Made by a program: the position numbers and the translations under genes
Shown here: in pieces, positions 37,580-46,674 of the stretch
Layout of the letters: each line of letters begins with the position of its first letter
Position numbering within the stretch: the first letter of the stretch is position 1
Notes under the pieces: model-generated
Told to the model about the DNA's origin: nothing
What the model saw: only the letters and a program-made list of their open reading frames with translations
Database searches by the model: none
Origin: a virus
Lineage: Duplodnaviria; Caudoviricetes
Length of the DNA: 62,088 nt
Virus record (IMG/VR): IMGVR_UViG_3300046007_006509
Span: 1-62,088 of that record
Direction: 5' to 3' (one strand)

Positions 37580-38987
37580 TCATGAAATGCAACTATTATT
37601 TTTGCGTATGATGGTAACAAACGCAGAACTTTATACTAGAGTTATGAATATTATGAACCCTAGTAATTTTGATAAAAAATTAAAACCGGTAGCAGAATTT
37701 TTAGTACAACATAGTAAAAAATACAATGTAATGCCTGAACCTACGCAAATTAAAGCTGCGTCGGGAGTTGAAGTTGAATGTATACATGAACTTGATGAAG
37801 GACATTATGATTGGTTTTTAGATGAATTTGAAAAATTTACAAAAAGGCAAGAGCTTGAACGAGCCATTCTAAAGTCAGCAGACTTGTTAGAGAAAGGTGA
37901 TTATGGTCCTGTAGAAAAATTAATTAAAGATGCTGTACAAATTAGTTTACAGAAAGATATGGGTACAGACTATTTTGCTGATCCTAGAGCTAGACTAATG
38001 GCACTTAAATCTAATAACGGACAAAATAGTACAGGTTGGCCTAGCATGGATCAGAAACTTTATGGTGGTTTTAATCGAGGCGAACTGCAAATATTTGCAG
38101 GTGGATCAGGTTCAGGCAAGAGTCTTTTCATGCAAAACTTAGCAGTCAATTGGGCACAAGCAGGTTTAAATGGTACATACATCACCCTAGAACTAAGTGA
38201 GGGTCTATGTAGTATGCGTATTGATAGTATGATGACCGATACTAGCAGCAGAGAAATCTTCAAAGATATTGACAATGTTGAAATGAAGGTAAAAATGCTT
38301 GCTAAAAAAGCTGGCAAACTTCGAATAAAATATATGCCAGCGCAAAGCACTGTAAATGATTTAAGAGCATACTGCAAAGAACTACAAATTCAAACAGGAG
38401 TTGGAATAGATTTTCTTTGTGTCGATTATTTGGATTTGTTAATGCCAGTCAGTGCTAAGGTCAGTCCTAGCGATTTGTTCGTTAAAGACAAATATGTATC
38501 AGAAGAACTACGAAATTTAGCAAAGGAATTAAATGTTTTATTCGTCACAGCAAGTCAACTTAACAGATCAGCCGTTGAAGAAATTGAATTTGATCACAGT
38601 CATATCTCGGGTGGTATTAGCAAGATTAATACTGCGGACAATGTTTTTGGCATTTTTACTAGCCGTAGTATGCGTGAGCGCGGCCAATACCAACTTCAAT
38701 TAATGAAAACTCGCAGCAGTTCTGGTGTAGGTCAGAAAATTGAACTAGAATTCAATGTTGAAACATTGCGTATTACAGACCCTGATCCTGACGGCAGTAA
38801 CAATGCATATAGGACAGGAAATCCGCAACCTAGTCCTAGTGATTTAATGAATAAATTAAAGCCTCAATCTACTGTAACGGAAAAAATAGACGCTGTTACA
38901 GGAGAAATAGAACCTGAAAATAAGCGTGTGGTAGCAGATGTGCAGGGTGCAAAACTCAAAGCCTTACTAAACTCATTAAAGAAGTAA
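37563..38987 (+). CDS. gp41: DnaB-like replicative helicase (T4 gp41-like)
   Basis: GGSGSGKS, ITLELSE, VDYLDL, TASQLNR, MKTRSS; TTG start after AAGGAG. Confidence 0.93.
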   Translation: MSIEYNHEMQLLFLRMMVTNAELYTRVMNIMNPSNFDKKLKPVAEFLVQHSKKYNVMPEPTQIKAASGVEVECIHELDEGHYDWFLDEFEKFTKRQELERAILKSADLLEKGDYGPVEKLIKDAVQISLQKDMGTDYFADPRARLMALKSNNGQNSTGWPSMDQKLYGGFNRGELQIFAGGSGSGKSLFMQNLAVNWAQAGLNGTYITLELSEGLCSMRIDSMMTDTSSREIFKDIDNVEMKVKMLAKKAGKLRIKYMPAQSTVNDLRAYCKELQIQTGVGIDFLCVDYLDLLMPVSAKVSPSDLFVKDKYVSEELRNLAKELNVLFVTASQLNRSAVEEIEFDHSHISGGISKINTADNVFGIFTSRSMRERGQYQLQLMKTRSSSGVGQKIELEFNVETLRITDPDPDGSNNAYRTGNPQPSPSDLMNKLKPQSTVTEKIDAVTGEIEPENKRVVADVQGAKLKALLNSLKK

Positions 38988-39015
38988 ATAACCGAATATA
39001 GCATAAATACACATT

Positions 39016-39264
39016 ATGCAAAAGAAAACACGCTCCCTTTTGGAAGAATTAGAGGCTGTAGGTAGTAACCGTGATGTAAAACATATCATTGAAAGCCGAG
39101 CCCATAATATAATTACCAGCGCAATCAATTTAATCGAAATGATCAATAAACATTACGATAAAAATACATCAGAAATATTAGAAAGAAAATTACTTAGTGC
39201 GATAAAGGGACGAGATCAAGCAAGATTTGCTAAGAGTATAAGGAAAAATAATGAGGCTGAGTGA
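39016..39264 (+). CDS. small late hypothetical protein
   Basis: TAAATA at 39004-39009. Confidence 0.7.
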   Translation: MQKKTRSLLEELEAVGSNRDVKHIIESRAHNIITSAINLIEMINKHYDKNTSEILERKLLSAIKGRDQARFAKSIRKNNEAE

Positions 39265-40531
39265 CATCAAAAAACCTAAAAAAATTACCAATGAAAGACT
39301 TGCGGATTATGTCGGTAGTTCAGGTGCAGCACAATTAAAACAATTTGCTAACAAATTTTTACCAGGTGGCGACCGTAGGGAAGGTATGCTAAGTGCTGGA
39401 GACAAAGCCAGAAAAGAAGAATTTATTAGCAACTTTATAAGTGCAGCATACCGTTCACTTAACGCAGAAATTGACTCTGGTAGAGTAGATCCAAGTTTAA
39501 AAAGCGAACCCGGTGGTTCAACTCAAGAACCACCAAAGCCTGCTCAACCTCCTGCTACTGAACCTGCTGCTCCTGCTGCAACTAATGCAACTCCTAAAGT
39601 TGCCCCTGGGAACGCAAAAGCTCCGGGTGTTGGTCAAAGACAAACATCACAAAACATTAATAACTATGTTCGTGGGATAGCAACAAGTTTAAATGCTGAA
39701 CCTGACAAAGCTAAAAAGATGGCTCTTGCTAAAGAACTTGTGAATTTCATGGCGGACAGAAAAGATTATCCAGAATGGCAAAACGCATTAGCTTCAGCAC
39801 AGCAAATTATTAAAAAGGGTATTGCTGACCCTAATTTTGCTAATTCTGCCATTAACAGATTAAAAGCTGGACAAATGATGGAAGCCTGGCAAGTTTATTG
39901 GATTAACAAATTATTAGAATCTATCGGTTTTACATTCAAAGATTTGGGTCTAACACTTTTAAAAGAAAATAAAAGAAACGGTAATTATATTCTTGCTGAA
40001 ACGAAATTTTATAAGTTAAACATGATATTTGAAGGTATGTTGACTGAGGCAGAATCGGTAGAGCAGTGGATAAAACGCTGGGTTCCTGCGTATACAAAAG
40101 TTCCAGTTAATAATACATACCTTCAGAGTTTAATGAAGGCTGCGGCTGATTCATTTGATACAAAAAATATTAAACCATTTAATGCTGCTTTAGAAAAATT
40201 AGCTACGGGATTGTTTGCTGATGCTGAAGCGCCTGGCATAGGTGGTGGTCAGGAAACAACATCAGGTGCCGGCGGTCAGCAAAAACCAACAGCTCCTGCT
40301 GCTACTGAACCTGCACAACCGCAAAAAACAGGAACAAGCACGGACACAATAGTTAATTCAATACAAAGTTTATTGTCAAAATTAAAGGGTATTGATCCAG
40401 CATTACACGCAGATATTGTTAAAAAGATAGGTGCAGGTCAGTCATTACAAGGTTTACCCGGTGGCGGAAGTAAACCTGCAGCTACGCCTGCAGCCCCTGT
40501 AAGCGAATCAAAAAGAAAAATTAGAAAATGA
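39251..40531 (+). CDS. putative internal head protein with Pro/Ala-rich linkers
   Basis: MRLSDI..ITNE N-terminus; repeated ATEPA linkers. Confidence 0.55.
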   Translation: MRLSDIKKPKKITNERLADYVGSSGAAQLKQFANKFLPGGDRREGMLSAGDKARKEEFISNFISAAYRSLNAEIDSGRVDPSLKSEPGGSTQEPPKPAQPPATEPAAPAATNATPKVAPGNAKAPGVGQRQTSQNINNYVRGIATSLNAEPDKAKKMALAKELVNFMADRKDYPEWQNALASAQQIIKKGIADPNFANSAINRLKAGQMMEAWQVYWINKLLESIGFTFKDLGLTLLKENKRNGNYILAETKFYKLNMIFEGMLTEAESVEQWIKRWVPAYTKVPVNNTYLQSLMKAAADSFDTKNIKPFNAALEKLATGLFADAEAPGIGGGQETTSGAGGQQKPTAPAATEPAQPQKTGTSTDTIVNSIQSLLSKLKGIDPALHADIVKKIGAGQSLQGLPGGGSKPAATPAAPVSESKRKIRK

Positions 40532-41694
40532 ATTTATCCGAATCCCTTGCTAAATTAAGAGATTCAATAGCGGTCCTCGAGGAATCTCAAACACCTGTAA
40601 AGGAAGATAAGGGTCATTTAGACCATCCTGAAGATTTGGTGTTCTTAGGTGGCAGTCAAGGAGCTAATAGAGCGGTGCAGGCTGCGATAGATACAGTTCA
40701 AAATCCAGCTAAGGTTACTATAAAATGGGACGGATATCCAGCACTTATATTTGGTCGTGACAGTCAAGGCCGTTTCAGTATTATGGACAAGCATATGTTC
40801 AATAAGAAAGATGGCAGTGGCAGACAGGTGTATAGTCCCGATCAGTTTGTAAAATATGACCAAGAGCGCGGCGTCGATAGAAGTCAATTGCATCAACTTA
40901 TAGCAAATGTTTGGCCAGGATTAGAAAAAGCAGATAGAAGTAAAGGTTATTATTGGGGTGATTTATTGTTCAGTCAACCTTTGAAAGCAGGTTCTGATGG
41001 GCTGTACAAATTTAAGGCAAATCCTAACGGCATCACTTATACGGTTGATGCAGATAGTGAAATTGGTAAAGAGTTAACAGATAAAACAGCAGGTATCGTA
41101 GTGCATCAATATATTGATGCAAATGCATCGTCAACAGATGATGCGACACCGTTGGATGGGACAATAGGTTCATTAAAAAATAATAGTAACGTTGCAATAG
41201 TTCCTGCTAAGATGCCTATTACTCCGAATCTTAAAATAAATACGAAACTTGTTAAAAATGCCCAGGACAAAATAAACAAATACGGCTCTGAAGTTGATAA
41301 CTTATTTGATACTGCCCCTCAAGCAAGAAATACTTTTAATCAACTTTTTACTACATTTATTAATAAAAGAATTGTAGCAGGTGATTTAAATAATTTGTTG
41401 CCTGGATTTATGGATTATGTGCAAACAAGACCTATGACAGATTCAATGCGTAGCAAAATAACAGCACATTTACAGCAAAATAGTGAAGGATTAAAGGGCG
41501 CCTTCGAAATCTGGGCAGCAATTTATGCTCTAAAAATGTCAATTGTAGAACAATTAAACAAGGCAGCAGAGTCAGCACCAGTTAAGGGTTATTTACAAGA
41601 TGGTACACAAACACAAGAAGGATTTGTCAGTCACGGATTAAAATTTGTTGACCGTATGGGCTTTAGCCGTCAAAATTTGGCAGGAAGAACATAA
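40528..41694 (+). CDS. RNA-ligase-like covalent nucleotidyltransferase (DUF6267-like)
   Basis: Motif I TIKWDG, YWGDL, motif IV QEGFV, motif V KFVDR. Confidence 0.65.
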   Translation: MNLSESLAKLRDSIAVLEESQTPVKEDKGHLDHPEDLVFLGGSQGANRAVQAAIDTVQNPAKVTIKWDGYPALIFGRDSQGRFSIMDKHMFNKKDGSGRQVYSPDQFVKYDQERGVDRSQLHQLIANVWPGLEKADRSKGYYWGDLLFSQPLKAGSDGLYKFKANPNGITYTVDADSEIGKELTDKTAGIVVHQYIDANASSTDDATPLDGTIGSLKNNSNVAIVPAKMPITPNLKINTKLVKNAQDKINKYGSEVDNLFDTAPQARNTFNQLFTTFINKRIVAGDLNNLLPGFMDYVQTRPMTDSMRSKITAHLQQNSEGLKGAFEIWAAIYALKMSIVEQLNKAAESAPVKGYLQDGTQTQEGFVSHGLKFVDRMGFSRQNLAGRT

Positions 41695-41773
41695 CCAAAA
41701 CCAGTATTTTTTTGTTCCAGGCATAAATATGTTTATGAGGCAGTAGGCTTCAACAAACATAAGGAATACGAAA

Positions 41774-42145
41774 ATGGCACAATTTACAAGAGTTAATGGT
41801 GACTTTTTACCAGTCATCAACTATGATAGCTTTGCATACACAAACAGTGGTGTAAACGCAGTTTCTTCAGCAAATACAGTTCAGCCTCAAGGTCCAAAAC
41901 TTGAGTTCTTTACAATTGTATTGGCTGACGTTGCAGCAAATACAACTATTGCTAATACAGTTATTACAACTGTTGAGCAGTTAGCTACAATTCATATCTA
42001 TGAATTTACTGACACTGGTACTGATACACTAGCATTAGCTGTATATCCAGTAGGTGCATGGACAACAGCTACTTTAACTACTGCTGTTGATACTGCTACA
42101 GGCGGTAGTTCAACAGTTAACGGAAACGCAACATTTACAAACTAA
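41774..42145 (+). CDS. small abundant virion protein (possible head decoration protein)
   Basis: Own late promoter (41724-41729), RBS and terminator; T/A/V-rich. Confidence 0.6.
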   Translation: MAQFTRVNGDFLPVINYDSFAYTNSGVNAVSSANTVQPQGPKLEFFTIVLADVAANTTIANTVITTVEQLATIHIYEFTDTGTDTLALAVYPVGAWTTATLTTAVDTATGGSSTVNGNATFTN

Positions 42146-42166
42146 TCTAATTTTTAGATTAAAAAG

Positions 42167-42193
42167 AACCCGAGATTTATTCTCGGGTTTTTT
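42167..42193 (+). terminator. rho-independent terminator
   Basis: aacccgaga-tttat-tctcgggtt followed by a T run. Confidence 0.85.
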
Positions 42194-42212
42194 CATGCCT
42201 ATAAATATCATT

Positions 42213-42665
42213 ATGAGTTTTCGAATTTCTTGTTACACACTGTTTGATATTACTCAAACAGGGGTTTTAAACCGTTCTAAACCCGGTGCGGATCAAGAAT
42301 ACAATGTTTGGGCAAAACAAAGAAATTCACAAGCTAATTTTGATACAATTTTACAAATAATTAATTTACGCAGTCAACCTGAAAATATAACTTCACCAAA
42401 AAAGTTTGACATTCAATTTGATATGTTTGAAAATTTTGGTTTTCTCTTTACACAGCAAGATGATGAATCATATCCATGCTGGACTTTTGATTTTGAAATT
42501 CAACATATGAGTGTATTTGATGATGGAAAAAATGAATTAGGTTTTTTATATAATGATTGTGATGGTGTACCTATGATATTATGCGGGACTGAGTGGAATA
42601 AACTACCGTCTTTTTTAGACACAAGTAATGAATTAAAAAATATATTCTTTAAAAAATATGAATAA
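42213..42665 (+). CDS. late hypothetical protein
   Basis: TAAATA at 42202-42207, ATG 42213 (MSFRISCYTLFDIT). Confidence 0.7.
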   Translation: MSFRISCYTLFDITQTGVLNRSKPGADQEYNVWAKQRNSQANFDTILQIINLRSQPENITSPKKFDIQFDMFENFGFLFTQQDDESYPCWTFDFEIQHMSVFDDGKNELGFLYNDCDGVPMILCGTEWNKLPSFLDTSNELKNIFFKKYE

Positions 42666-43125
42666 AAAAATTATTGAAAAAGTATCACAGTTTTTACAAC
42701 GTGAATATTACTCTAATCTTGAAAATGTTTCTATTTTTCAAGACGATGATGGCAGTTATGAATTTTTTAATAGGTATGTTATAGCCAAAGAAAATGAAGG
42801 TTACCTTGTAATACTGAAATATAACTCTGAAACCAAAAAATTTGGATCGCTTAAAAATGCTGTATCATGGTGTATATTTGATATTAGAAACAAATTTGCT
42901 AGGGCACAAAGAGTAGAATATTTAGATAGAATTATAAGTGCAATCGATGTAAATATTCTTGTACATAAAAACTTAGTTAAAAAAGCCAAAGACTTAGATA
43001 CAAAGTTAATATATTTGGCTAAATTAAGTGAAGATCAACTTAAAAGAAAAGCCTATATTACTGAAATGGGAAATTACTTTCATGAATCGAAACTTTTGCA
43101 AGCACAGAAGTTTTCTATGAAATGA
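42658..43125 (+). CDS. hypothetical protein
   Basis: 155-aa coupled ORF. Confidence 0.6.
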   Translation: MNKKIIEKVSQFLQREYYSNLENVSIFQDDDGSYEFFNRYVIAKENEGYLVILKYNSETKKFGSLKNAVSWCIFDIRNKFARAQRVEYLDRIISAIDVNILVHKNLVKKAKDLDTKLIYLAKLSEDQLKRKAYITEMGNYFHESKLLQAQKFSMK

Positions 43126-43156
43126 TAAATACACTATAACGTTTGGAATAAAAACT

Positions 43157-43873
43157 ATGAAACTGACCGATTTTGACAAAAAAGCATATGCGCCTAGAGC
43201 GTTACAAGAAACCTACAAAATGTCTTTTGATGTTGCTAATTTGGGTAAAATGGAAACAAAAAAGATGTTGCAAAAAGTTCGTTCACTAGCTAACGAAGCT
43301 AGAGAGTCTCCTGATTTTCATAAGCAACAAACTAGTCCTAGTTACATGAAACTTGTTTTTATGGAACAGGCTCTTGTTACTCATTATAATGATTTAGCAT
43401 TGCAACCGCAACCACAAATTGTTATTGAAAATGAAGAAGTTGAAAAATCACAAGTTGTCCTAGCAGCACAGGACATGGTTGATAGTATACAAAAGATGCT
43501 TGAAGATATTGGACAAATGCAAGTGAAAGAATTACCTGCATTAGTTGATAGTATCGAAAGTGAAATCGGAGTCAATGAAGCGCAAGCATACAATGATCAG
43601 GTTTCTTCTCAGCTTGATACATTAAGTGGTGCGATGAAGGCTGCTTTTGCTGCATTAAAATCTGCTAGAGATACAATAACAGGCCAAGGTGGAAGTTTTA
43701 CTGAACCTGCTATGGATGCAGGACTTGAAACAGGTATGGGTGATGAGATGGCGGGTATGGATGCAGGTATGGATGCTGAAGCAGGCGCAGATTTAGAGGC
43801 ACCTGCTCCTGAATTGCCTGCTGAAGAACCTGAAGTTGAACCATTGGGCGGGGCAGGCCGCGCAAAGAGGTAA
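43157..43873 (+). CDS. putative prohead core/scaffold-like protein
   Basis: TAAATA at 43126; MKLTDF N-terminus, helical, acidic low-complexity tail ending GRAKR. Confidence 0.55.
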   Translation: MKLTDFDKKAYAPRALQETYKMSFDVANLGKMETKKMLQKVRSLANEARESPDFHKQQTSPSYMKLVFMEQALVTHYNDLALQPQPQIVIENEEVEKSQVVLAAQDMVDSIQKMLEDIGQMQVKELPALVDSIESEIGVNEAQAYNDQVSSQLDTLSGAMKAAFAALKSARDTITGQGGSFTEPAMDAGLETGMGDEMAGMDAGMDAEAGADLEAPAPELPAEEPEVEPLGGAGRAKR

Positions 43874-43876
43874 TTT

Positions 43877-44206
43877 ATGCGCCTTTATGAGTTCGCCGGA
43901 CCTGATCCCATGGTTACGAAACTCGTAGCAGTAACGGATCAGTTGAAAAGTGATTTGCAAAAGGGAACTGCCGACCCAAACATGACAGTTCCCGATTTTT
44001 TGCAATATCTTAAAAAATTTGATATACTTGTTGACAAGACCGATTTGTACGACATGATCAAAACACTACCATTAAAAAATCTTATAACTAACATTCAGGG
44101 TGATAAAATTGTTTTTAAGGGCTTCGGAACTCCCGAACCACCGCCCGATGAAGAAAGCAAAAAAATTGTCGCAGGAATGGCACAGCAAGCGGCTGGTCAA
44201 CAATAA
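43877..44206 (+). CDS. putative head-associated protein
   Basis: MRLYEF N-terminus. Confidence 0.55.
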   Translation: MRLYEFAGPDPMVTKLVAVTDQLKSDLQKGTADPNMTVPDFLQYLKKFDILVDKTDLYDMIKTLPLKNLITNIQGDKIVFKGFGTPEPPPDEESKKIVAGMAQQAAGQQ

Positions 44207-44208
44207 GA

Positions 44209-44529
44209 ATGATCACAGCTACAGAAGCCGCAGTTAAAAAAATCAATCAACAATTACAACGCAGAGGAAAAGGATTAGGAATCCGTGTTGGTGTCAAAAC
44301 TACAGGTTGTTCTGGTTTAGCTTATGTGTTAGAATTCGTTGACACACCGCAAGATATGGATTATAAACTCCAATGTGAAGGATGTGCAATATTTGTAGAT
44401 CCTAAAAGTTGTCCATATTTGCAAGGTTTAACAATTGATTATGTAAAGAACGGATTGAACGAAGGGTTTGAATTTATCAATCCAAATGAAAAAGATAAAT
44501 GCGGATGTGGTGAAAGTTTTAGGGTATGA
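44209..44529 (+). CDS. iscA: iron-sulfur cluster assembly protein IscA/HesB
   Basis: GVKTTGCSGLAY and CGCGESF, the three conserved Cys. Confidence 0.95.
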   Translation: MITATEAAVKKINQQLQRRGKGLGIRVGVKTTGCSGLAYVLEFVDTPQDMDYKLQCEGCAIFVDPKSCPYLQGLTIDYVKNGLNEGFEFINPNEKDKCGCGESFRV

Positions 44530-45230
44530 ATTGTGATTGCTTATATGTAATAGGTGATAGTTTTGCAGCAGGACACGAAGTTAGCACAGAAGATAACTTT
44601 GCAAGCATAATAGGACGAAACTATAATATACCTGTAATTAATAAGGGTGTGCCTGGCGCATCTAATTTTTACACATTTCGACAAATTTATTTGGACATTC
44701 CAAAACTATTGCACGAAAAAAAGAAACCTTTAGTAATAGTCATATATACTCAGTGGTCCAGAGAAGAATTTTTTGTGCAAGATTATGTTAAAAAAAACAA
44801 TGACGGTTTAGTTACATTATCGACTCATCCATGGCTTGATAATGAATTTTTTAAAATTTATTATAAAGATCATTATGATGAAAATTATACCTTTAACAAA
44901 ACTTTGTTGTACATCAATGCAATTCAAAATTTATTAAAAGTAAACAATATTCCAAGATTAGAATGTTTTTCGATGACGCACTATAATCATGTTTCACATA
45001 TAAAGCAATATGAACTAGACGAAACTTGTATGATGCCTATAGATTTAATTGAAAAAGGTGGTCTTAATAAATTTTATACCCCACATGATTTACAAACAAA
45101 TTCAGGACCAAACGGACATCTAACCGAACTAGGCAATAAAATAGTTGCAGATTGGTTTATTGAAAAAATTACAAACTTGTATGGAAATATCGCAAATGGA
45201 AATATCACATCTAGTAGTTGCAGGGTGTAG
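44526..45230 (+). CDS. SGNH/GDSL-hydrolase-like protein
   Basis: VIGDSF, NKGVPGASN, C-terminal GHLTELGN. Confidence 0.7.
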   Translation: MNCDCLYVIGDSFAAGHEVSTEDNFASIIGRNYNIPVINKGVPGASNFYTFRQIYLDIPKLLHEKKKPLVIVIYTQWSREEFFVQDYVKKNNDGLVTLSTHPWLDNEFFKIYYKDHYDENYTFNKTLLYINAIQNLLKVNNIPRLECFSMTHYNHVSHIKQYELDETCMMPIDLIEKGGLNKFYTPHDLQTNSGPNGHLTELGNKIVADWFIEKITNLYGNIANGNITSSSCRV

Positions 45231-45945
45231 TTGGACTTACTGTCAAGGAATAAACTTTCATAAACTAAAAGGTTGGCCAGCTTTATTAGCAAAAAAATTA
45301 AATGTTCCTGTTGTAAATTTAGCTTTACCTGGATTGGGAAATGATGCTATTCACAGGCGCACATATGAGTATTTTTTTGAAGATTTACCTAATAATAATA
45401 ATCCATTTTATGTAATCGCTTGGACACAACTATGGCGTCGTGAGGCTTGGTGTAGACAATATTATCAAAAGAATAGACCAAATAATTATTGTATTATTAG
45501 CATGCCTAATGATTTACCTGAAAATCCATATGAACAGGCAATTTTAGATAACTGGTCAGATGAAGATTTTTATAGAAGAACCGTCAAGTATCGTTTATCC
45601 ATACAGTCTTTGTTTAAAGCGCATAACACGCCATATTTTGAATCCTTTTTTTCAAATGATCAATTTTTAGGCTACGATATTTTATCAGAAAGATTTGCCG
45701 GGATTACGAAAGCACTTGAATCAACCAAGAATAGATTACAAAATTTTCAAGAAATAGTTGCGCCCTATCCTAACTTGCCTTGTGGGCATCATGGTTATGA
45801 ATCGATGCCTGTTCTAGCAGACTACATTTATAATGAATTAATTCAACGATATGGACAAGTAAAATCAGTGAACAAAAATTATCTTAAACTAAAAGACTAC
45901 CATCGAATTGATAATTTTAATACTAATCACGATTATTGGGAATAA
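45181..45945 (+). CDS. SGNH/GDSL-hydrolase-like protein
   Basis: VAGCSWT, NLALPGLGN, CGHH; start at 45181 or 45196. Confidence 0.7.
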   Translation: MEISQMEISHLVVAGCSWTYCQGINFHKLKGWPALLAKKLNVPVVNLALPGLGNDAIHRRTYEYFFEDLPNNNNPFYVIAWTQLWRREAWCRQYYQKNRPNNYCIISMPNDLPENPYEQAILDNWSDEDFYRRTVKYRLSIQSLFKAHNTPYFESFFSNDQFLGYDILSERFAGITKALESTKNRLQNFQEIVAPYPNLPCGHHGYESMPVLADYIYNELIQRYGQVKSVNKNYLKLKDYHRIDNFNTNHDYWE

Positions 45946-45946
45946 A

Positions 45947-46630
45947 ATGTTTATTAAAAAGTTTAATTATGTCAACATGAATAGAGTTGAAACGGCTGAG
46001 GGCCGTAGATATGCGACACCAGATGGTGAAAAATTACCTAGTGTTACAACAATACTAGATGCTACTAAATCAGAAGAATCTAAAAAGGCATTGCGTGAAT
46101 GGCGCAACCGTGTCGGTCATAAACAAGCGCAGGCAATTACTACTGAGGCTGCGGGCCGAGGTACAAGAATGCACAAATGGCTAGAAAATTATGTTAAGAC
46201 TGGTGAAATTGGAGAGCCTGGCAGTAATCCATATAGTCAACAAAGTTATCAAATGGCAATGTCAATCATTCAGCAAGGATTAGTTAAATGTGATGAATTT
46301 TGGGGCACAGAAGTCGGACTATATTATCCTAAAATATACGCAGGAACAACTGATTTAATCGGAGTGCATGATGGTTCAGAAGCAATTATGGATCATAAAC
46401 AGAGTAATAAACTTAAAAAGCGTGAATGGATTGACGATTATTTTATTCAACTCGCGGCATATGCAGCAGCCCACAATGAAGTATATGGTACAAAAATAAG
46501 AAAAGGCGTTATTTTTATGTGTACTGCTGATAATGTTTACCAAGAATTTATAATTGAAAATGAAGAATTTGACCAATGGACTGATCGTTGGTTTAAGCGT
46601 GTCGAAGAATATTACATGAAGTTTCTATAA
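45947..46630 (+). CDS. PD-(D/E)xK exonuclease
   Basis: LPSVTTIL, RGTRMH, E..YAGTTD..MDHKQS, QLAAY. Confidence 0.88.
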   Translation: MFIKKFNYVNMNRVETAEGRRYATPDGEKLPSVTTILDATKSEESKKALREWRNRVGHKQAQAITTEAAGRGTRMHKWLENYVKTGEIGEPGSNPYSQQSYQMAMSIIQQGLVKCDEFWGTEVGLYYPKIYAGTTDLIGVHDGSEAIMDHKQSNKLKKREWIDDYFIQLAAYAAAHNEVYGTKIRKGVIFMCTADNVYQEFIIENEEFDQWTDRWFKRVEEYYMKFL

Positions 46631-46674
46631 TGGTATAGAGATAAATAAGTGTATAATCTGAAAAGAATACACTT

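Noticed and set aside
45947-46630. Cas4 as part of a CRISPR system
   Set aside because: Lacks the Fe-S Cys cluster and any cas context; a typical stand-alone phage PD-(D/E)xK exonuclease
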